Origin: Psammoneis japonica
Taxonomy: Eukaryota
NCBI GenBank assembly: GCA_008632985.1
Contig: QPGO01000295.1
Coordinates: 1 to 64,000, forward strand
Reading direction: 5' to 3'
Length of the DNA: 64,000 nucleotides
Made by a program: the position numbers and the translations under genes
The notes under the pieces: model-generated
The model's input: only the letters and a program-made list of their open reading frames with translations
Told to the model about the DNA's origin: nothing
Database searches by the model: none
Shown here: positions 36,170 to 48,944 of the stretch, in pieces
How the letters are laid out: each line of letters opens with the position of its first letter
Position numbering within the stretch: the first letter of the stretch is position 1

Positions 36170-39100
36170 ATGGGCACCAAGCAAAAAAAGTTGGAGGAGG
36201 AAGCAGAAAAGCTCCTGCACACACTGGATTCTTGTCAAAACGTCAAAAGACAGTTCGGCGCGGATTCCCACATTTGCCAGTTCGAAAACAAGATCAAGAC
36301 AAGGTGTCGAGCGGTTCAAGAGATCCTAAAGCAAGAAACCATCCCAGAAGACAAAGGCCACAATTCTCCGTTCCTGCTGGTGCCGCCTGCTTCTTGGATT
36401 GGGCCCCAAACACATGCGGGACAGGACAAACCAACATCACTTGTGGGTTGTGCTGAAAGGGCCAGTCACCAAAATGGAGGCCCGGACGAAAAAGCCACAG
36501 GTTCAAGAGAAGAAAAGGGCCAGAGCAAAGAGTGTTGGCATCCAAACAGCTTGATGCCGAGGAACCAGCAGCAGCAGAACTGGACGAAACTCCGCTCTCA
36601 GTGACAGCCAAGAACAAGAACGAAGTGATTGAGCCATTTAAAGCCAAGTCAACCGGGGACAAAGAACTGGACAATGAAATTCCCATGGTTTGTGAATTGA
36701 TTCGAAAAAGTAAACTCACTCTTGCTCTCCAAGGTTTTGGGTCAAAACAAAAGCTGAAAGGTGACACAGAAGCGCAAAATTTGGGACCAACTAAAAGATC
36801 ATCATATGACGGCTTTGATCCCGCCAGCCTGCGCATAAAAGGAAAGACCATCCAGAAAGGGCATTGCCATCAGCACTTGGAAGAAAGCAACAGATGCAGT
36901 CTTGATGTTGTTGTTGCAGTCAAACACTTCTGCGCAGAGAAGAGTGCAATGCGCACGTTGGTGACACACTTTGAAGAGACAATCCCAGGTCAACACAAGG
37001 ATGACTTTTGTTCACATCTTCATGAGTTGTTCTCTCACGCTCAAGTCGAAGGCACTGAAGTCGAATTGCCGCTGGACCTGTTTGGGAAAGAACTGCTGGG
37101 CAAGATTCCAGATCTTGTCTGTCAGCCGCAGACGGAGGGGAAATGGCATCAGCTTGCCTGCTGCTGGTCCAAACCGAGAACCAGAGAGGCGAAACGATCC
37201 AAAAAGTGCGTGTTGGATCTATTTGCAGGGTGTGGTGGCATGGGGATCGGGTTTGAGAGATGCAGATTCAAAGTGGCCAAAGCAATTGAACAAGACACTT
37301 CAGCGGTCGAAACTTTGTCCGCAAACAGCTCGCACACATCCATTTTTGCCGGCGACATTCGCGTGTTCCTCAAACGATGCCAAAAAGATCCAGAACACAA
37401 GGTGACCATTGGCTCCATTGACCACGTGCACGCTTCTCCTCCTTGCCAAGGCTTTTCTGGCACAAACCGCAATGGTGGCAAGAATGACGAAGAAAACAAC
37501 CAGCTCTCGCTTTCCTTGATCAATGCAGTGAATGTGTTTCGTCCGGCTGCAGTTTCATTCAAGAATGTTCTTGGAATGTGGAAATGCAAACACATCAAGC
37601 ACATCATGAGAATTGTTGCAGATCTGACACGTGTGGGATGCCAGGTTTGCTGCTCCTGCCTCCGCACTTGTGATTTTGGAGACGCACAGAAGCGTCCAAG
37701 GCTCTTTTTGTTTGGGACAGGATAAACCACCATCAAATGTGGGTGATGACGAAAGGGCAAGTGACCAGAATGGAGGCCCGGACGAAAAAGCTGCAGGTTC
37801 AAGAGAAGAAATGGAGCCAGAGCAAAGATTGTCAGCATCCAAACAGCTTGAGGCAGAGGAACCAGCAGCAGCAGAACTGGACGAAACTCCACTCTCATTG
37901 CCGGCCGAGTGCAAGAACAAAGTGATTGAGCCGTTTAAAGCCAAGTCAACTGGGGACGAAGAACTGGACAATGAAATTCCCATGTTTTATGAATTGATTC
38001 GAAAAAGTAAACTCACTCTTGCTCTCCAAGGTTTTGGGTCAAAACAAAAGCTGAAAGGTGACACAGAAGTGCAGGGTGCAGGCTCAACTAAAAGATCATC
38101 ATCTGACAGCTTCGATCCCGCCAGCCTGCGCATAAAAAGAAAGACCATCCAGAAAGGGCGTTGCCATCAGCACTTGGAAGAAAGCGACAGATGCAGTCTT
38201 GATGTTGTTGTCGCAGTCAAACACTTCTGCACAGAGAAGAGTGCAATGTGCACGTTGGTGACACACTTTGAAGAGACAATCCCAGGTCAACACAAGGATG
38301 ACTTTGGCTCACATCTTCATGAGTTGTTCCCTCACGCTCAAGTCGAAGGCACTGACGTCGAATTGCCACTGGACCCATTTGGGAAAGAACAGTTGAGCAA
38401 GATTCCAGATCTTGTCTGTCAGCCGCAGACAGGGGAAATGGCATCAGTTCGCCCACTGCTGGTCCAAACCGAGAACCAGAGAGGCGAAGCGATCTGAAAA
38501 GCGCGTGTTGGATCTATTTGCAGGGTGTGGTGGCATGGGGATCGGGTTTTAGAGATGCAGATTCAAAGCAGCCAAAGCGATTGAACAAGACACTGCAGCG
38601 GTCGAAACTTTGTCCACAAATTGCTCGCACACGTCCATTTTTGCCGGCGACATTCGCGTGTTCCTTGAACGATGCCAAAAAGATCCAGAATGCAAGGCGA
38701 GCATTGGTTCCATCGACATGTTCCAGCTCCAGGTGGCACCTCGTACTGCTGAACTGTGACACAATTTTTTTTTGTCATCCGTCGCATGTTTCGCACGCAC
38801 ATTTCTGCATGTTCTGTTACAAAAAATTGCTCCACACTGCCTGTTTTGCGAAGCCAAAGGCTTTCTGTCATCTCCACTTGTGTCAATAAAAATGCGCTGG
38901 GCACATTCTTTAATGTCTAAAGAACACACCCGGGCATGCTGCAAAGAATGTGCTTCAAGTGTGGAGGAGGAGATGCGTTCGCAAAATTGCCTCTTTTTCT
39001 GTTGACGATCATTCATGTGTCCATTGCTTGACAATTTCACTGCGGAGCTCGCACGCAGAATTCCACGGGCCCAATGTCACAAAAAGTCCCACCCAGGACT

Positions 39101-39895
39101 GGAACCCGTCCATCGACCACGTGCACGCTTCTCCTCCTTGCCAAGGCTTTTCCGGCGCCAACCGCAATGGTGGCAAGAATGACGAAGAAAAACAACCAGC
39201 TCTTGCTTTCCTTGATCGATGCAGTGAAGGAGTTTTGTCCTGTTGCAGTTTCTTTTGAGAGTGTTCTTGGAATGTGGAAACACAAACATTTCAAGCACAT
39301 CATGAGAATTGTTGCAGATCTGACGCGCATGGGATGCCAGGTTCGCTGCTCCTGCCTCCGCGCTTGTGATTTTGGAGATGCACAGAAGCGTCCAAGGCTC
39401 TTTTTGTTTGCGGCACACACGTGTGCCCATGTGCCACCCTTGCCACAAATGACACGTGGCAGCAAGGCCGATCAACTGCCCCGTGTCTCGGTGAGAGATG
39501 TTCTTTGGCCGTTTGAGGGTCAGTTTGAGGAGGACCCCTTGCTGCAAGAGGACATGGAAAGGCAACGTCTTGCAGCGGAAGCCCTTGCTCCAGCCGTGAA
39601 GACAGGAACGCCGCTGATTCAATGTTTTGAAAATCACCGTCTTTGTCCATCCGAGTTGAAAGCATTGCAATCCTTTCCGGCAGACTGTCGATTCTTTGGA
39701 ACGGCGGGGGAGCAACGAAGGCAAATTGGAAATGCAGCACCTGTGGAGCTCGCCACGGCTGTCGCCCACGTCTTTCAAGCATCACTGGAGTTTACGCACT
39801 GCAATGAGAGCAGCAGAGAGCAAGGCAGAACTGCGTTTCTTTGGCGTTTCTCATGTCCCGCATCTACGTTTGGAAGAGAAGGACCGCTCTTTTAA
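36170..39895 (+). pseudogene. DNMT4/RID-like C5-MTase pseudogene, copies 2 and 3 (partial tandem duplication)
   Basis: DLFAGCGG at ~37215 and ~38511; HASPPCQGFS at ~37429 and ~39124; RQIGNA at ~39720. Confidence 0.85.
38715..39110. mobile_element. GACG-TIR MITE inserted just before MTase motif IV
   Basis: catc|gacatgttccag ... ctggaacccgtc|catc, 4-bp TSD; empty site at 5338-5348. Confidence 0.93.
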
Positions 39896-42800
39896 AGATC
39901 AATGAACAAATGAGTGAAACGAGGATTCATTGCTCTGCTCATTTGTTTTGCAGTTTTCAACAGTGTGCGAATGGATGGACGGTGCACGTGCCCTCCCTTG
40001 ATGCTCTTGTCTGAGATCTTGGGGCATTCGTTGTCGTCCACCAGGCCTGTCGACAGTCGCCTCATGCGAGTGCATCACGCCACTCTTGAGGAAGGATCAA
40101 CATGGAAGGATGCCTTTTTAGTTCTTCAGAGATTTCTCATTGTTGCTGCAGTTTTGGCACCCTCTAGAGCAAAACGTTTTAACTCATGTTGCACACAAGT
40201 GATCCTCGGATCAGCCCTTTCGTCTTTTCCGCCGTTTGCACTCTCTGCAGCAGCACTGGAACCACACTGCTGCTTGTTTGTTTTGCAGTTTCCAGCGGCG
40301 CACCAACAGATGCACGGTGCACGCACCCTTCCTTGAAGCTCTTGTCTGACATCTTGGGGCATTCGTCATCGTCTGCTGCCACAGGCCTGTGTCGACAGTC
40401 ATGTCAAGCGAGCCACGGTGCCACACTTGAGCCCTTGGCCTTCCTGTCTTGAAATTTTCGGGGCGCAGACTAGTGGGCTGGGGCATGTCGAAGACGAGCA
40501 GCTGCATCATCCGAGTGCTGCGCCAACGATGAATCAATCCCCTCCCCGTCATGGTTTCACCTTTCATGTGCGTCCGAATGATGAATTTGGATGGAGCGGT
40601 CTGTCCCTGGATGGGGCAGTTGCAAGGTCAGCATTTAGAGGTGCGCTCATGCGCACACAATCCAGTCAGTTTGGGCTCGCATTGATGCTGTCACTGCTTG
40701 CTTTAGACACAAGCCATTGCTTTTGCTCTTTCGTTGCATCAAGATTTGTTTGCTTTGTCAGAGCCATCAGCAAAAACGCTGATCAAAATGGTTGCAAACA
40801 CAATTTTTCATTGTGAACGATTGTTTGTTGTGTTGTTTGCATGGAGTGTGCAGCTGCAGAAATGGTGCTGAACTGCACGTGCAGTGTTTGAAGAAATGGC
40901 TTTGGATTGTTGCGCACAAAGATGCATCTTTTGTTGCACACAACATCCACTGAACAGCTTGCAATGGAAAATGCTTGCAAAGACAGTCACCATCCTTGTG
41001 TGTGTGTGACGGGTGTGGGGGGGCGGCTGCGGTGCTTGGCAGCATGCCCGAGCGTGTGCTCGACAGTGTCAAATGACACAAGATTGATCACCCTGATGTC
41101 AGGTGGCTGTGTGAACCCATCATCACAACACCACAAAGGTGCAGCCTCCATGACCATGCAGACTCCCAACCGCTTGTTCCCTGCACGGGACATGTTGACA
41201 TTCTCTCTTTGTTGTGGGATGGCAGCAGCACACCAGCACCAGCACCGGCAGTTGTGCTTGCAGCTTCAGCTGTGGCAGCAAATGTCAATGCAGTTCCACA
41301 GATTTGTGGAATCACTGGCCTGAATGTGAGGGCAATGTTGGTGTTCTGCAAAGGATTTGCGATGCTGGAGAATGTCGCAGTTTTGGAGAACAACCATGAT
41401 GTGGAGGATTTGGTGCAGAGGGCCGCTCGTCGCACTGTGGTTGATGGTTGTGTCGCCCTTGGCACTCTTGCAGGCTTCAGCATGCTGGTGTCAGGACTTG
41501 CCAAGAGGAGCCAGGCACTTGTTGTGTCTTTGGCTTGAAACGGCAGGCGCATCAAAAAGGAACACACCAAATCGGATGCGACGGCAAGCAGTCTTGTCGA
41601 GTTCAAGTCTGGGGACTTTGACACATGAGAAGAACCTCTTGGCACAGAAGCATGGTGCACTGAAGGAGCCACTGCTCTGGCATGTTGCAAGGACTGTGCC
41701 AGCACTGGCACAATTCATGGATGCTCAACAGCGATGGATGTGCCAACTGCCGCTTGCCGGCAATGCACATGACAAGGATGGTTGCAATGTGTTTTGCATG
41801 TTGAAGGAATGATTGATTGAAGCAGCAGGATGGACCTGGATTAAACCTTTGATGCAGCAGAAAATGGGTGTGGAGCATTTGATGCATGGATTGATCATTG
41901 CAGTGGACAGGGCAAATTGAGCAAGCACATTTGTTGGTGATGGCCACCATTGAAACACTGTTCTACAAAAAGAAAGGGGTGCTCCCATTTGAGAAGTTCA
42001 ACGAGAAGCTTGCTGGTGCTTTTGCCACTTGGAACAAATCTCCAAATGATCAAAAATCTGAATGGCCAAAGATTGATGTTCTTTTGAAGGCCATTTGAAC
42101 AGACAATGCTCGTCTTGTTGCTGCAACAGCTGTTGTCAGTGATCAGCACCCTCATGACTTTGCGGGGGCATGTGCTCACTTTTCATCCAAAGTCTCTTGT
42201 TTGCATGCAGGCACTCAGTTAGAAGCCTGGCATCACACGAAGTGCAAAATTTCACAGATGAGCTGTGGAGGCAGTGGTGGCTGCAATTTTCATCAAGGTG
42301 GAGGATGTGGCAAACAATGGGGTGGAGGTGGCAACTGCACAACCATGATCAATGGGGTTGATGCATTTTGTCCCACAAGGAGCTTGCCCCTCAAGGATGG
42401 GACAGGCTGCATTTCAATGGAGGAATTGATTGTGCATTCCAAGTGCATGAGAGGATGGGACAAGGCTGCGGCGGTGGCTGCGGATCCCCCACAGGACAAC
42501 CTGGACGTGATTGCAGCGGGGTCCATTGGGAGGAACAAGGATGAAATCAGAAGCCAGATCAATCGCACAGTCAAGGAGGCAGTTGTGGACAAGGTGCCAA
42601 CAGTGATGGTGGTGGATGCAATGGATGTCCTTTTGGTCAAGGAGCCCATCATGGTTCTTTGCCTGACTGTTTGGGGTGGTGACAGCCACTGGAGCTTTGG
42701 AGCATGTGTTGCACTTGTGTTTCTCACTTGTGTTGCTCTCATTGCTTTTGACCAAACCTGCAGGATGTTCAATTTGTGAGAGAAGGCAGCAACAAGGTGC

Positions 42801-43286
42801 GCTGCTGTGACAACAAAATGTGTGATGCGGTCAATCAGCTCCAATCAAATGTCTGAGCTGACAACACCCAGCTTCATTGCTTGGAGCAAATGCAACACTC
42901 ACATGGACACTTGTTGTGCCAGAGTGAGTTGAAAACTCATGGAGCTGACAAATGAGGTGTGCAAGGTTCATCCATTCTTAGAATCTCATGAAACAATCAA
43001 ACAGGTTCCTGTGGCATGTTGTTGCGCTGTGTGGACTTGTCCAGAGACGACCCATGAACTTCCACTCATTGGTGATCAAATGTTGTGGCTCGGGACCAAC
43101 ATGGAACATTCACTCTTGAACCCCAACCAAATGCAAGCATGTGATGTCCCTGTGCATGGCAACCCTTGCGACACTTGAAATGGGTTTGGCGTTGAGGCTG
43201 ATGAGGCTTTCATCCCCTTCCATTGCATGGGGACAATTGCAATTTTCAAGTCTTGTGTCCCTGCAGATTGGGAGGAGCAGAATTTG

Positions 43287-43706
43287 GGGCACGCTGAATT
43301 GATCTCACGCATTGGGTGCAACTGCTGTGGGGAGGGGGGAATGTAAAATCATGTGTTGTTCTGTAAAACACGTGCTTCGTCATGCAAAACACACAGCTTG
43401 GCTCATCACCCCATGTTTTGTCAGCAGTGTTTGTTGCACACTTGTCGGTCTGTTGTTGGTCATGTTTGATGTCAGATCAAAACCAGAAGGAACCTGGAAG
43501 TTAGAACTCACTGTCAGCGCACGCAATTTGAGTGCGCAAACAGCAAAAACTGCTTGACTCGACTGTCGAAAGCACCATGATGACCCAAGCTGCTGCTTGT
43601 CACTGGGGCATTTTACAAAACAGGGGTGTTTTACACATTTTGACAATCTGGGGTGAAAGTGGGGTCAGGGGCACTGCCCAATGCGTGAGATTAATTCAGC
43701 GCGCCC
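43287..43706. mobile_element. PIF/Harbinger-like MITE
   Basis: 30-bp TIR gggc(a/g)cgctgaatt(g/a)atctcacgcattggg; 3-bp TSD ttg (possibly from TTA). Confidence 0.85.
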
Positions 43707-44156
43707 TTGGGGTTGTGCTTTTGACAGGCAACACATGGGATCCAACTGAAGTTGACATGGGATTGCCAGAAAGCACTGGGGAACAGGCAGAGATGCGCAC
43801 CATCAGATCATCAACTTCCGGCACATGTGACAGGAAGATGTTTCAGAATCAAGGTGTGACAGGGCAAAGTCCCAAGCAGTTGGCTGGGGCAAGGTTGAAG
43901 TCAAACTGACCCATTTGTCCCCAGTTTGTCACCTCCAGTCATTTTGAGACAGGCTCATTGGCTTGGTCAATGTGGCTTGCACGTGTCAAGATGACATTGA
44001 TGCCAAGCAAAAGTCCATCAAGGAGCCACACAGTGAGGACAGACACTCCAAGATTGATGCCAAAGAGCTGGCCAGGAAATCGAACATCAGCTTGGAAATG
44101 GCAAAAGACATGCTCAATGTGGCTGCCCAACGTGGCGCGCAGATGGCAACTCAACC

Positions 44157-44348
44157 TGTGTCAAGAAGAGCAAGGGTGGACCATTTGGACCCACATTGGA
44201 AGTGCTTGAAAGAAGGGACATGTGTCAAGAAGAGCAAGGGTGGGCCATTGGGACCCACATTGGAAGTGCTTGAAAGAAGGGACATGTGTCAAGAAGAGCA
44301 AGGGTGGGCCATTTGGACCCACATTGGAAGCACTTGAAAGAAGGGATG
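44157..44348 (+). repeat. 64-bp tandem triplication within copia copy 2
   Basis: tgtgtcaagaagagcaagggtgg... at 44157, 44221 and 44285. Confidence 0.9.
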
Positions 44349-44939
44349 TGGTTCATGGACATCCAAGGTCAAGTCTTTGCTCGGTGACACGTGTGCCAAT
44401 GTCTGCACTCAAGGCAAATTTGTCAAGGTCATGCTGATGGCTACAAGGCTGGAGGCAGGTTGGTCTCTTGTTGTCTTTACAGACAATGCAGGAGCACTGC
44501 TGAGTTTGTGAGGCATGCGCGTCATGTGAGGATTGAGCTTGGGACATCAGAACAGGGTCAAAAGAACCAGAGTCAAGCAGCGGAGTGCAAGATCTGTTTC
44601 TTGGCCAAGCACTGGCGACTGCAAATGGCAAAGAAGAAGGTGCCAAAAAGATTGTGGGACTTTGGTCTTGTTCATGAGTTGGAGCTGTCATTGCACATGG
44701 TGTGGGGCAGTGATGAGAGGGCTGGGTGCAAAGCGGTCACTGGGCAAACACTGGAAATTGGCGAGCACTTGGATTTTTGCTTTTGTGACATGGCATGGTG
44801 GTGGGACAGGCCCAACAAGCTGAGTGCAGTGGGTGGCCCAATGACAGCTTGGTTGGTGGCTTGGTGTCTCACACAAAGTCAGACTGGACATGTGCTGTTG
44901 GATCTTTGTGGAGAGCAGGAAGACAGTCTCCCAAAGACA

Positions 44940-45855
44940 GACATGTTCAAGCTCCAGGTTGGACCTTGCACTGCTGGACAGTGACATGATTGTTTTTTGT
45001 CATCCATCACATGTTTTGCACATGCATTTCTCCATGTTCTGTTGTAAAAAAATTGCTCCACACTGCCTGTTTTGCAAAGCCGAAGGCTTTCTGTTTTCTG
45101 CATTTGTGACAACAAAAATGTGCTGGGCACATTCTTCATTGTCTGAAGAACACACCCGGCCATGCTGTCAACAATGCACAGTCTGCTTGCATCAACACAT
45201 GCTTTTTAACATGTGCCCACTCTACAACATGTGCCAAATGTCCGGCCTGACCCCTCGGACAAGGGTCAGAATTCCCTGTTAACAGACAGACTGATGGACC
45301 AACAGGCCATGTCGTGAATCCGTGATGCAACCAGTTTGAGGCAATGAAGTCATTGAGACTGCGCTTGAAACAACTGAAAATGCCCTCATTGACCATTGTT
45401 TGCCTCTGAGAAGTGGTCCTGGGCTTCTTTGCACCTGGCAGGACCAAAGAACAGATGAAGGCATGTCATGGTTTTTTTCAAAAATTGCAGTGGTGGCTGC
45501 GCGAACGCAGCCCAAATGAGTCGTGAGGGAGAAGCGCAAGATTTCAATCTGCGCATGTGTTGGCACTTGTTCTGTGTGTGTGGCAAAGATGCGTGCTTTT
45601 GCACCAGGAAGCAATGACACACATCCTCTCTGTGACATGTGCTGAAATTCGGCATGCACCCCCAGCATGTGTTGACGCGAGCAGACTGCACTTCAAGTGT
45701 GGAGGAGGAGATGCATTTGCAAAATTGCCTCTTTTGTTGTTGGCAATCATTCACACTTTCGTTGCTTGGCAATTTTGCTGTGGTGTGTGGAGCTTGCACA
45801 CAGAATTCGGCGGGCACCATGTCACAAAAAGTCTCACCTGGGGCTGGAACACGTC
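44940..45855. mobile_element. GACG-TIR MITE hosting a nested Tc1/mariner-like MITE
   Basis: gaca|gacatgttcaag ... ctggaacacgtc|aaca; interrupts copia IVSKTSVEH. Confidence 0.85.
45179..45688. mobile_element. Tc1/mariner-like MITE
   Basis: 24-bp TIR cagtctgct(t/c)gc(a/g)tcaacacatgc starting CAGT; flanked by 'ca' on both sides (inferred mutated TA TSD). Confidence 0.82.
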
Positions 45856-46656
45856 AACATTGGTGGAGCATGTGACGCAGGCCAATGTGGTGCAGCCTGA
45901 CATCCATGTTGAGGTTCACAAGTTCAACAGGCAACTTGAGACACACCTGGGCAACACTGGCTTTGTTTCAGAGGGTGACAAAGCTGTGCCAGCATTTGCA
46001 TTGGATGATCTTGCCACAGATGACAATCCCGGTGTCCAGTGTGAGGATGGTGTCATGCCAACGGACAAGGAATGTGGAGACATGCCATTGCCAGACAAGC
46101 GGCCAGACAATGACAATGAGCAGGCAACCAACCAGCATCTGGGCATGGAACTTGTGTTTGACATTGGAGCCAATGGTGAGCAACAAGGTGTCCTCACAAA
46201 ACAAGCAAAAGGACAAGATGGGCATCTGACTGGGACCAGACATCAGAGCCCAACATTTGACACTTGAGAGCATGAAGTCAAATGTGCCAATGGTGCAACA
46301 GACAAACACACAGCCAGTGCAGCTGCTGAGAACATGTTCAATCAAGTCAACAGTGAAGACAACCAATGTTTTGCACTGAAAGAGATGCAGGATCATGAGA
46401 AGACAGGCAATGCAATGCCAATCAATGATGGGACAGCACAAACTGCTGACAAACAGGAGTCAAAAAGGACCACTGCAAAAGGTTGGAAGCTGGTGGTCAG
46501 CTGGAGCCAAGGATGGAAGCTTGTCATGGGTGAAATTGAAGGATCTGAAAGAGTCCAACCCTGTTGAAGTTGCTGAGCATCCTGTTGCAACAAACAGGTT
46601 GGCTGAGCAACCTGCACTTGCTTCTGGGTTGTGCGCGTCCCATGCAAGCAGAGTCA

Positions 46657-47186
46657 GATGTGTTCCAGTCTCAGGCGACACACAAAAGACAATGAATTTT
46701 TGCCACAAATCATGTGTCTCTTGTGCATGAAGCATGTGAATGCAAAACACTTGGGTGGATGGGATTTTGTGGGTCTTCAAGCCTTAGCATTCAATTCCTC
46801 ATGGGACATGCATCACAAACTCCCTCTGCAGACTCAGTGCTGATTGTGCGACAGCTCATTGGATGCAGTTTTTTGGTCGCAGGTGGAACACCTGTCAGAA
46901 GGTCTTGCAGAAAAATTGTTTAATTTGACATTCAAGTGATGGCAACAATTTTGCCAAAAATCATCCATTGTGTTGCGAGTCATTTGTCACAATGAAAAAC
47001 ACAGATGTCACAAAACCAATGACATGGCAACACTGATGCAAGTCTTGCCAGTGTTGCAAAACATTCAATTTTGGACAAGTCCATGCTTTTGGTGGTGAAA
47101 TCTTGTTTGCAAGTGAGAGACTGTGCAAAAATTGCGCAAATGTCATTTTTGTGCACGATTTGGGTCACGTGCGGCTGGAACACATC
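46657..47186. mobile_element. GACG-TIR MITE, TA-depleted homologue of 25690-26246
   Basis: gatgtgttccagtctcagg ... gcggctggaacacatc; tgggacatgcatcacaaac vs tgggatatgtatcataaac. Confidence 0.87.
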
Positions 47187-48553
47187 ATCGCTTCATTTTG
47201 AAGATTGAGATGAAGCACTGGCTTGCCACCCACAAGTTTGGGATTCTTTTGCCCAAGTCTGCGGGGAAGATGCTTTGAAGATTGGTCAGGAAATGGGGAC
47301 AGATCATTGGGCTTGTGCGATTGACAAGGAGATGACCAAGGTCAAGGCAGTGGTGTGGCACGAGCATGAAGCTCAAACCCCACAAGGCATCTGGGAAGGC
47401 AAGAGCACAACTTTGCTTGGCTGTCAGGAGATCATGTGTCAAATGGTTTTCAGCGCAAAGACAGACTTCACGAGAAAGGCAAGATTTGTGGCAGGAGGTC
47501 ACACAACAGAGGCTCCATCATCCACAATGCATCCAAGCATTGTTTCCAGAGACAGCGTGCAACTTGGATTCCTGTCAGCAGCTTTGAATGGAGTTGACAT
47601 CACAGCAATTGACCCAGAGAACGTGCACTTGAATGCACCATGTGCAGAAAAGCCATGGTTTGAAGGCAGCAAGGAATGTGTCAAGCATGAAGGAAAGGTG
47701 CTCATTGTTGTTTGTGCATTGCATGGTCTGAAGAGCTCAGAAATGCTCTTGGAGATCCAGGCTGGCACTGGTCTTGCACAAATCAGGGTTTGAACAAATG
47801 AGAGTGGACCCCAATGTCTGCCTGCAAGTGGCAACTTGGAGGGCAGGCACGAGCATTGCGAAATGCTTTTGGTTTGTGTCAATGAGACTCCAATCATTTC
47901 TCATCAAGGGAAGTCCATTGTTGCTGCCACAGGTGAACACTGTGCTGTGAAGCCTGGCAGTGATGGAGAACCAGAGATCCACCTTGGGGCCAATGTTGAG
48001 AAGGTTCAGACTGAGGATGGACATGCAATCTGGGCAAGCTCGCCAAGGGCATGTGTTCAAGCAGTGGTGGAAGGTCTCTCGGATGAGGGTGGCAATGGAG
48101 AAGCGCTGAAGAGCACCGCAAAGGATTCTCTGCCCCCAAAGTGCAAGCCAGAGCTGGGTGCAATTGACAAATTGGGCCATGATCCAGTTGACAGGCATCT
48201 GCAGCTGACAAGAATTTTGTCATCATGCAATCAAGTTGGGCCCTGCTGATGTTCTGCATGAGGTCTCAATCCTTTCCCAGTGTCAAGCTGACCCAAGGAA
48301 GGGGCACCTCAAGGCTTTGCATTGTGTGTTTGCGCATGTGAAGAAACACCAGAACTTTGGAAGGATGGGGTTTGATCCAAAGGAGCTGGCAGCTGATGAG
48401 CCCACATTCAACTTGAGTGCAGATTGGACCAAGTTTTGTGGGACATTGAGAAAGAGTTGCCGCCGTGGGCACCCAAGCTCCATGGCAACCTGGTCAACAT
48501 CTGCACCTTTGTTGATTCCAGCCATGCAGGCAATGTTGTCACTTGCAGGTCTC

Positions 48554-48944
48554 GATGGGTTCCAGTCCTGGGTGGGACTCCGTGTGACATTGGGCCCGTA
48601 GAATTCCACGTGCGAGCTCCGCAGTGCGAGAATTAAATTAATGCATGTGTTTGTCTTCAAACATCAAATAAACTGCCAAGTTTGTGGTGCAATTATGCCT
48701 CTTGCCACTCGACGTTTTTGCAAATGCGCCTGCCCTGCGCGAATCTTAAGACATTGTAGAATCGCGCTGTAACAAAAAATGTCAAAAGTTGTTGGACGGA
48801 TCGCTCAACAAGTGCACCGTAAAATGACACAAAATGTCGAAAAAATCACGTAGAAATCTACGTGCGCGACATACGACGTGATTCAAAAAACTGTCGATGT
48901 CACAGTTCAGCAGTGCGAGGTCCCACCTAGACCTGGAACGCGTC
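48554..48944. mobile_element. GACG-TIR MITE, partially TA-mutated
   Basis: tctc|gatgggttccag ... ctggaacgcgtc|tctc; near-identical to 57726-58110. Confidence 0.93.

Larger units (their letters stand above)
33124..40574. repeat. Segmental duplication copy 2, with an internal ~1.3-kb tandem duplication (junction ~37714) and a MITE insertion
   Basis: Colinear with 903-6747; after ...RLFLF the sequence jumps back to gggacaggat (homologous to 4340). Confidence 0.92.
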
